Shown here one piece after another: positions 54,518-64,000 of a stretch of 64,000 nt of DNA. This DNA is from Lama glama (Eukaryota): positions 88,104,001-88,168,000 of the forward strand of contig CM052816.1 of NCBI GenBank assembly GCA_028534125.1, written 5' to 3'. Numbering within the stretch: position 1 is the first letter of the stretch; every line of letters begins with the position of its first letter. Under the pieces are notes generated by a model. That model was not told the origin of the DNA. It did not search any database and saw nothing but the letters and a program-made list of their open reading frames with translations. Both the position numbers and the translations under genes were made by a program.

Positions 54518-55756
54518 GTACATAGACAGTTTTTTGGACATTTACTATCCAATAGAAAGTAAAGAACAGAAAGAATAAAACCTGAAAATGACAGAAATTT
54601 TAATTTCCCTTCAATTAGCAATATTTTAAATTTAAAAAAGACCAGGTGATTGTGAAGTATTCACTCCCAGAAACCCTACTTTGTGATTCAACAGGTATAA
54701 ATTTCATGTTGAAACATTTCAGCCCATTAATTTGTTTATATCATTCAAAACAATTCCTACCAGAGTTTAAGTTTAATTTAATTTTTGTTGTTCTTAGCTT
54801 AGATGAAAAGATTAATTTAAAACTAAGATCTAGAAGTAAACTCTAAGAACACCAGGCTTGGTCTAGCCCCTCTTATTACTTTTCTGAGAATATGAATATC
54901 TAGTTCACACCTTGTTGGTGAGCCTGGACCTAGAACTCTGGAATGGGGTGGGGGGCCGTTTCTCTGCTACTGGAGAAATGGAAGAAACGAGAACAGATAA
55001 TGTTGGGCTAGAGGGGGCTTGACAAGGTAAGTAAACAAAAATTAATGAGAGAGAGGGAAAAAAAGGCTGAATGATAGGAAGTCATCTAGTAATGTTACAT
55101 TGACTCATGTCAAAAAAAAAGGATTGCAGAAAAAGAGAATAAAAATCAAACTATTAGAAATAAGTCATTATTTCAGTGTATGTAGTTTACCTTTCATCAG
55201 GAAGGGTCATGAAGAAGGAGTATGTCAATGTGAGAAAGATTATATTTGGGATATGAAGATTGTTTCTGTAACAAAGAGGTAAATTATAGGAATTTTCAAT
55301 AATGGAGTGCAGGTAAAAAAAGTGAATCTCATTTAATATAGCACTGTTTTCCCCTCCTTGTCATAACAAAGCATACTCTATTCATCCCAAACTACAGTAA
55401 ATCATACACGTTTAAGACTTGCAATTATTTTAACCTACAGGAAGTATTTTTGCATTCCGTCTCATTAATCAGGCTGCTGTTTCCATGTTTGTTCAGGAAC
55501 TCTGAATTTGAACCAAAGAAACAACACATGTGGTCAAGACACTAATCCTGAATAGAAATATAGCTTTCATATAGATGATTTATCATTTTCATTCCCACTA
55601 TTATGCATAAATTCTGCTTTGTCTAGAAATGAATTTAACCTCATGATCCCATTCAGCAAAATTATGCATTTATGTTGAATTTTCAAAGTACACTTAGAAA
55701 AAATATATTTGTCAAAATTTTATTCCATTATTTTTTGTTGTAGTTTTGCTTGTTTT

Positions 55757-55892
55757 TCTCTCTCTCTCTCTTTTTTTTTTTTTTATGTACCTACATTTAT
55801 CTATTTTTCCTTCAATAGAGGCACTGGGAATTGAACCCAGGACCTCATACATGTAAGCGAGCACCCTACTGCTGAGCCCTTTCTCTCCTCCC
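55757..55892 (-). mobile_element. Diverged tRNA-derived SINE (vic-1-related)
   Basis: The minus strand reads GGGAGGAGAG..GCTCAGCAGTAGGGTGC..TGAGGTCCTGGGTTCAATTCCCAGTGCCTCT, followed by an A/GA-rich tail. Confidence 0.8.
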
Positions 55893-56304
55893 TGGTAATA
55901 CTCTGATCCTCTGATAGATTACACAAGCATTTTGACAGATTTGTTTTCGGTGTTCTAATTTGCTTTGTGTGTCTAAATAAGAAATCACCAGAGGTAATCC
56001 CTACTTGCTAACCTCTTACTCTGCTGAAAAAGAAAATTGCAACCTACATACATTTATTAAATCTTGAAAAAACATTCAGGAGAACATTTTTATAACAAAT
56101 TTTAAAAATACCTACCTATCTGCCTATCTACCTACCTGTATACATATCTGATGCATGTATTGTTTTGAGTGTATATGTGCTTGTGTCTGTGAACGCATGT
56201 ACATGTAGATACATGACTTTAATACAGCAGTATGCTTTCTGAAAAACAAAATAATGAGGAAGTATTCAGTTGAATAAAGCCCATGAAAAACTCTTTTTTT
56301 TTTT

Positions 56305-56422
56305 TTTGGCTTTTTGATAACAGCCAGTCTAACATGTATGAGGTGGTAGCTCATTGTGATTTTAATTCACATTTGCCTAATTCCTAGTGATGGTCATCAT
56401 CTTTTCATGTACTTGTTGGCCT
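56305..56422 (-). mobile_element. LINE-1 ORF2 C-terminal fragment
   Basis: The minus-strand peptide MSYHLIHVRLAVIKK corresponds to L1 ORF2 MRYHLTPVRMAIIKK. Confidence 0.8.
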
Positions 56423-58329
56423 GCAGTCCTTCAAGTTTACTTTTTTTTTTTTTCTGAGTGAAGAGCGTATTTTAGGACTATTTATACATATATTCAGAGA
56501 GTTCTCAGAACACTTTATCTTGAACTTCTTCAGAGTCCCAGAAGAATTCAATGTACGATTATAAATACGTATGTAAATATCAACTGCAGTGATCATTTCA
56601 GTTCCATAATTTTCTTAAAATTACTTTTTGGAAACTTTTCCTTTCAATATCTCAGCATAGAATTACAATGAAGAGTCTTGACGTAAAACCAAATTCATAT
56701 GGAAATTATGTTCTTAAGTGTATTACATGCATCTAGAAAATCTAAAAATGTACATTTTACATTTTATATGTAGGTTTTTAAATATCATGATGTCTTTGGT
56801 TTTTAGAGTTTTTCTTTTTTTAGTTCACTTAAAAATAAATTAAAATGCTTAAAATTCTCTGAAGCACATATTCTCATTATCCCCAAAATCTTTATTTACT
56901 TTCCCTTTACTATTTTCCCCCTCTCCTCTTTGTCTATGGAGGGAGGGTCTCAGTGGATAAAAATGATGGTTGGGTTTATATGAGCTGAGAAGAATGAAAA
57001 AAGGCATTTTTATTTTTTTTAAACCTCAATTTGGATTCAGTTTATGAGCACTGTGACAGAATGCCATTTCACTGTGCCACTTTGAATTCAGAATAACATT
57101 ACACAACTTTATATATCTCTCCAAGGCACAGGATATTGGTTGAGAAAAAAAAAAGAAAAAAGAAACAAACTACTCTTACTTTATACTTATGTCCTACTGC
57201 ACAGAGCAAAGTATGAATAAAAAGCATTGTCCTATATGTTGTTAAGTATTATAACAATAGAAACAATAACAAAGCCGGGATAATAAAACTTTAAAAACTT
57301 ATGTCACGTCTAAATATTAAGGGATGGGCTACATTTAAAATGAGAGAATAAGGTGTTTTAAATTCAGCAATATCATTTTTAATGAAGTACATTTTAGTAG
57401 TTTCTTTTCCTACTGGATAACTGAGAATAAGTATATACTTACTGTATATAAATATAAATGTAAAATTACATTAGTTAAAAGCATTCAAGGACTGAAAATA
57501 CATATGAATTGTTACTGTGATTGTGATTTTCTTACTACTGATTAAGAAATTCAGTCAGCAGTTAAGTAGTGTGATGGATACTTATATTATGCAAAAGACT
57601 AATTTAATGTCTTGCATAATTTCTCAAACAGTTCCCTGCTATTTCTTCAAAATATCTACTGAGAACTAGTAAGTAATGGTAGCATCTGTCTAAAATAAAG
57701 AACGGTAAAGTGATTTCCTATTTATTTTAAAATAAGTAAAACTTCTTCAGAATTTAAAAAAATCCTATTTTGCTGTTACTTGGCAATGTCATTTCATTTC
57801 AAGTAACCGCAACTGTGATCACAGGGAATGTAAAGGAGAATTATTTTCTTTTTCCTTAAATACATGAGAGAAAATATTTTATTCTTCACCAGGATTTTTA
57901 ATAAATAGACTGAACTCTGAACTGGCCCCACTGGACATTTTACTTATGCCCTGTTAGTCACTAAAACTCACTTGCCTTTTGCCGTCCGTTTGAATGGCAG
58001 AGTAAATTCATATCAAGTGATTTGGTAGCATAACACCATCTTGTGGTTGATTTTTGAATAATTCAGAAAAAGCTAAAAATAAAATTAGGAATACTTTGTT
58101 TTATATATAGCCAAACGTACACCTCAATTTGTTAAGTTTAATATACTCCTATTTTTGTTAGTCTGACATGAAAAATTTCAAAGAAAAATAAGTGTGTTCT
58201 TTGTTTCCGTAAATATTATGTTTCTGTTTTTGTAAGTATTTGGCTTCACCTTCTCTAAGCATCTCACCTAACTTCCCCAGTCTCATCAACTCTCGGTTAG
58301 GCTCCAAGGTGACAAAACCAGTGAAGACT

Positions 58330-59200
58330 CTGTGCCGAGTCGACAATGCCAACTTGTGTGTGCTGCAGCCTTTTCAAAGTCAGACCGTCTAAAGCGGAAT
58401 TCCTTCTTTTCTCCCAACAAAAGCGCGCCTGCTTCTGTTTTCTCCTACCTGGAAAAGGCCCCACCTCCAGCCTAGTTCCTTTGGGCAGAAAGCTAGCTTT
58501 TTCTTACGCTACTTCCATTACCACTGACCTCCCCTTGGCAAATAGGACGGGAAGCCAGGACACTGATTCATCGCGAACTTGGGTTAAGATGTCCCTCTTT
58601 CTCCTCTGACTTACCGTCCTGGTTACTCGTTTCCACCACTGCGGTGGCTACGCACCTCATGTTCATCCACCTCATCCTTTCCTTCATGAGTGAATGTTTG
58701 AAACCTAAATCTGTTTATCTTACTCTCCCGCTCAGTCCGTCTCTGGTTCCCATCACCAGTAGGATAAAGAGCGAACAGCGTATTTTCTATTACTGTCTCC
58801 GAGCGCGCACACGCACACATGAACGCGCTGCGTTCTAACCACACCAAATTCATTGCGATTTCTACCAAAGATGCTATGCTATTCTTTCTTCTGCATAGAA
58901 GGCCCTGCACTATATGAGCATCTCTATTAATTGTTTCCTGTTTCGTAACGTGACTCTCACCCGTGGCTCTCACCAAAGACTTCCTTGAGTCCTTCCGGCA
59001 AAGTTGAGCCCTCCTTACTTTCTTCCCCAAATGTCAGCATTTCTGTCCAGGCACCTAGGAGACTTATGACGCTCATATTTGAAATGCGTCTGATTCTTTC
59101 TACTATAATGTAAGCCCTTAAAGACCCTTTGTCGTATTTATGTCTCTGTTGCCATGATAAAGGAAATGCTTGAAATGTATAGAGTGTTTAAAATTTTTGT
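58330..59200 (+). mobile_element. L2-like relic with unusually high CpG content
   Basis: ctaaagcggaattccttcttttctccc..aaaggccccacctccagcctagtt and actataatgtaagccctt resemble sense L2 3' body text. Confidence 0.45.
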
Positions 59201-59776
59201 TTAAAAAAGATCTCATGTTGGTTTTGTTGTTTGAACGTTGGATGCATTATTTTTCTTAGCGGTCACACACCATGCAAAGTTCAACATTTTTTAAAAAATA
59301 TTTAGAAAAATAATGTTATCCTGATTATACAACTGGGACATATCAAGCTCATTAAAGAAAAATAAATTTTTTTCAAGATTATGTCTCACAGTCAATTACA
59401 GTATACGTTTGAAAAGCATATACTTTCAACTACTGTGAGGAACAGTATATGTTAGAAGTAAAATGTGATAGTGGCCATTCTAGAAGCTAAAAAGATAATT
59501 GCTCCCAGATGGTCCTGATTTATACTGCATGTGCCTATAAAAACATATATTTTGCTTAGGCATTTATGATAGTTGATAAAATCTCTTTTTTAGGGAAAAT
59601 ATCACCAAAAGCTCTTAAATAAAAGCACTAGGAGTTCTTCCAATTCTCTTTTTTCTTTTGTTTTATCTTAGTTACTGAATTTGTTCCAAAAATTATTGTC
59701 ACTAAAACATGGGCTCAGAGATAATGCCATGATTCTTAAGTTAATTCATTAAAGTTATCAAACATTAGCAGTCCTG

Positions 59777-59798
59777 CACACACACACACACACACACA
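59777..59798. repeat. (CA)11 microsatellite
   Basis: Read directly from the sequence. Confidence 0.95.
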
Positions 59799-60107
59799 AA
59801 ACTGGAGTGTATAACTTGCCCACAGAAAATTAAATGCATTTGTAATAAACAGTTCTGTAACAGATTTTTAAAGATAAAATATATGAAATATGCTTTTTTT
59901 TTTCATTATAACATTTTTATTTACCAGACACTTTTTGTCTGGTAATTCCATTGTTCTTCTAAGGTTTTTTTTTAAAAACTAAATACTGTTTAAATTTGTC
60001 AAAATCTAGGTTTTAAACATGGCCACATATCACGATTTTGTCCTTTATTATAGGGACATTCTCATCTATAATGTGACTTTCATCCATCAAATAGCTGTTT
60101 GACCATT

Positions 60108-60131
60108 TGTGTGTGTGTGTGTGTGTGTGTG
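60108..60131. repeat. (TG)12 microsatellite
   Basis: Read directly from the sequence. Confidence 0.95.
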
Positions 60132-61339
60132 AAATTCTGAGTTGAACTTCTCCCTTAATGATGGTGAAATATACCAGACTCTCTCATAACTCCCTCTCAC
60201 ATAAACACACACATTTGCTCCATCCACCCCCGACACACACAATACACAGCTGTCTTCCAAGTTTTGGATTTTTCTTAAGCACTTATTACCACTTAGAAGC
60301 TACATATTTTCCTTATTTATCTTATTGGTGTCCATCAAATCCCAGAAGACAGCAAAATCCATGAGGGATTTTATCTGCTTTGTCCAGTTTTAGCATCCAT
60401 AATGATATCTAGGACACAGTAGGATATTTGAGAAATATTTGTTGAAAAAACAAAATGCTTTGGGAATTTTGCCCTTGCTTACCACCACCCTCCCCCGGCT
60501 CATTTCCCTCTGATTTCCCCGCACCTGGTTCTTCTCATCTCTGTTCCAGTTCTACACCCTCAGAGATACACATCCTATCAATTTTAGGTAATGTCTCCCT
60601 CACTCTTTTTCTGTCCCATGACCCTATATTTCTCTTAAATCTTCTCTCTAACTGAAAAGTACTATTATTATTTGTTCTGACTCTCCCTCTCTATGAAAAA
60701 ATGGACTTGATTTTACCCATGAGCCAAAATAGCCTCCATTCCTACTGTGACACAATCAAAATCTAATCAAATATTTGATTCGTTTTATGTGGCTTTAAAT
60801 TAATTTGAACAAATCAATTAAAGAAGTAAGAACAGACATCAACTATGGATGATTTAATATGTGACTTGAGTAGTGGTAGAGTTTCTCATGGAATGGGAAA
60901 GTGCTGGCAACAAATAAAAGGACTATTATATTGATCAAGAAATTAAGTTGGGTGCACTTGATTTTCCTTTAAAGGGATCCTTGATCTGAAAGGCTTATCG
61001 CTGTAGTTCAGCCTGCTATAATAAACCTGCACAAGAGCTTGTTCCTTTCTTTTCATCCTTGTTCAGCCTGTTATAAATCTGTTTTCTAGTTGCTTGTCTT
61101 GAAAAGCATTTTCAGATAAATGTACAGCCTTCAGTTGTTTGGGTTCATGGGCAATTTTCCTTTCCATTGACCATGAAACCCTGTGCTATGGTTAAGAGAG
61201 TAGAGTCATTTCTAAAGGATACATTTTGTTAAGAGTGAGGGCTTTACTGTGATGGTGAAAATGATACAAGTTCATCAGGAAAATTGAAGCAACCTAGGAA
61301 CACAGAAAGTAAAAAGGAACGAACAGACAAGCTATTGTG

Positions 61340-61861
61340 GGGCAGAGAATGGTGTAAGTGGCCTTTCTGCTCATTGTCTCCCAGGCTGAAATCAAGGTGT
61401 AGACCGGAGCTGCAGCTGATCTGAGGCTTAGAGGTTCCCCCTACCCCCACGATTGCTGGTTGTGGCTTTATAACTACGGTTCCTACTTTTTTGCTGTCTG
61501 TTGGTGAGGTCCAGTCTCATTTTCTATAGGCCCCCCCGGGCACTTGTCGGGTGGGCTCCTACATCACAAATTTACTTCTTCCAGGCCAGGAGGACATCAC
61601 CTCTAGTGCTTCCTTTTGGGGCTCACGGATTACATCCAACCCTTCAAGTCAAATCTCCCTTATAATTAACTCTATGTTAAGTTTTACAGAGCTTGGTTAT
61701 ATTTGCATTATTTATTTTTCCATGAAACTTAACAAATTCATGGAGTGATATCCCATTCAACTCAAAGTCTCCTCACATACATGAGGGAAGCAAATTATAC
61801 AAGAGATTATCTTGTTTTGTGGGGTGAGAATCTTGGGGACGCCTCGGAATTCTGTCTACCA
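61340..61861 (-). mobile_element. MaLR LTR (MLT1E-like)
   Basis: Contains ggctgaaatcaaggtg and atggagtgatatcc, with terminus gaatcttgggg..gaattctgtctacca; the left boundary is approximate. Confidence 0.7.
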
Positions 61862-64000
61862 AAGCTACTTTTCAAGTGTCTCAGAATATAACTCTCACTA
61901 TCCATTTTCACTCCACATTATTGGGAAGCATGATGAGAACTGGAAGAGCCCAGGGAGTTATTCCCTTGTGTTTTATGCCAAAAATTGCTCATCCTTTTTT
62001 GAAGTGAGAAAATCACTTGGCCCTTAATATTTTATGTGCTTTTTCATGACCTGGACCTCAGCCAAGTAAAAGCAGAGAAAGTGGCTAAAAGCAAAGAAGC
62101 AAAAAGACAATTCTAAAGAACAATTGAATATATCTTCTCTGCTTCTCCCCAGCTATGGTTTCTTACTGTAAAACTCCCTATAAGGTGAACTGTTTCCTTA
62201 AATTTCTGATTTCACTAACTTTCCTTTATTGGAACATCCTTAGAAGGAAGGAGCTACTCAGCTAAATTCTCCTTAATCAGTCATTTTCTTACTTTTCTAG
62301 AAAAGTTCATAAAATTGAATGCACCCCAAGCAGTACCACAGAGTTTTCTATTTATTGCATAAGAGCTAAAATAAATTAGCTCAACTTCATAATAATGGAA
62401 TTCCGTTATAGAATATGATTCATTTCCTAACAATAGCAAAAAGTTCTGCTTTTCTGTACATATTTCAAATAATGGACTTTCTGTTGATTGCAAAGTTGAA
62501 TGAATTTCATTTCTTAACACTGCCCCACCCCACCCTGCCTCTACAATAACTGGAGGGTAGTCTGTCAGATAAATTGCATAAAGTCAACTAGAGAGAGATC
62601 AGCATTGATTCCTTTTCCTTTTTCTGAGCTTTCTGGTTTTATAAAATGGCATTGCTAAAGGCCAGAGTTCTGAAGAGGCAAGTCCGTCTAGGAAATTACT
62701 GTGGCATTTCTCCTACAGTTTTCTTCAGTTCTTTGATCACTGCAGGATGTAAGTTTTCAGTCATAAAAAAATATCCGTATGTACAGAAGGTTTCTTTCAT
62801 CTCACTCTATATCTCCCTGACCACTAAATATTTGTCTGCTGTGACAGGCCGGAAGTTCTTGAAAGGCACTGACTATGTCTGGTCTCCTAAAACAAGATGT
62901 AGAAATGACTTTAGAATTCTCCCTTAACTTCTGGGCTTGAAATGGACTTTGAAGGGGGCAGTCAAGTCCATCAGATAGCAATGGCACGTCAATGAAGAAA
63001 AATAAAATTGACATCTTGCCTAGAAAAGAATCTGCCTGATCCAACAGACAGTCAGCAGCATTCCAATGTCTAGAAGTAAAGTGGGAAAGAACAATTGATA
63101 CTAATTCCTACATCCTAAGAGAAGTTAATTCTGGGCCAAAAAAGGAGGTAAGCATGAGCCAGGGCAGCTCAAATAGCTGTGTAGGCAAAAGGACCCAAGA
63201 TAAAGCCAAAACTGTCTTACACTAGAAATTATGGATAAGTATGATTTAAAAAAGTATATCATTTAGCATTCATCAAGATTTTGAGTTTACAAAAACACAA
63301 AGGATATATTTATATGTTCTCTAACTGGAGCTACCCTGTGTAGCCTTATCAATTCTGCAGCACTGAGATATCTCTTATGGCATCCAGTTTCTCTTGAATG
63401 TGTCAAATGATGGGAGACTTAGTAATTCTTCAAACATCTCATCCATTACACGAGATGACATGTTTCTCACTCTTCTCTGGGTTAAATCTAAAGAGACTTC
63501 AAGCCTTGTTTATCTTTGCCCCTTTCCATCCTCCCAGCATGTATCCCAGGACCTACCACTGTGTAGGCAGACAATACTTTTAAAAATTAATTTTAAAGCT
63601 TTCATTTGTTAGAGATTTCTTCCTTTTTTAGACTTACAGCTACCGTATTTAATAATCTAAATTATGAGTCCCCCACTGAGAGACTTTTGTAATAAGCCTA
63701 ACTGATATGCAACGTGATAGCCCTTCGATATTTTAAAAGGTTTGTCCTTTTTCCTCTTGATCTTCTTTCCAGAATGAACACTCTCAGTAATGGTAGCAGT
63801 TATATATTTTTGGTTTGAAGAATATTTTGCTCTCCTATTCTGGCAATGGGTCATCCTTCCTTGAGCCTGATTCCTTTAACAAACTACTGTAGTCAAGCTG
63901 TGGGCTGATCAAAACAAGAGCATCATTGGACCATCTTTTTTTCTGGATATTATTTCTACCATTTAACCAACAGCCACAATATAAACCATGGCATATTATG

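Noticed and set aside
54301..54621. 106-aa minus-strand ORF
   Set aside because: It is the antisense shadow of the 188-nt cadherin exon, with no independent support.
58623..59030. 135-aa minus-strand ORF
   Set aside because: It is explained by locally higher GC in a repeat-like patch and has no recognisable homology.
54518..64000. Next CDH12 exon (expected to begin PLDFE..)
   Set aside because: Not found by eye; presumably downstream of the window.
1..64000. CRISPR array, operon or prokaryotic defence-type system
   Set aside because: The sequence is mammalian intronic DNA with no regularly spaced repeats and no long ORFs.

Overview
AT-rich mammalian genomic DNA, not prokaryotic. It is most likely from a camelid, inferred from five tRNA-Ala-derived SINEs resembling the camelid vic-1 family. 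The window lies inside a + strand type II classical cadherin gene that I recognise as CDH12. Three consecutive internal coding exons are present: 22846-22965 (120 nt, missed by the ORF track), 34178-34345 (168 nt) and 54330-54517 (188 nt). They splice in frame through GT-AG introns of 11,212 and 19,984 nt and encode most of EC2 and the first part of EC3. The rest is intronic: SINEs, solo LTRs, L1/L2/MIR relics, DNA-transposon MITEs and microsatellites. Nearly all other listed ORFs are chance or repeat-derived. I found no convincing novel biological system. The best leads are an acceptor with a perfect TACTAAC branch point but no polypyrimidine tract, a CpG-dense patch inside an ancient L2, a chimeric LTR/L1-ORF2/L1-5'UTR patchwork, and two solo LTRs with opposite orientations and opposite poly(A)-signal states. 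Repeat family names come from my recall of consensus sequences, not from a database search.
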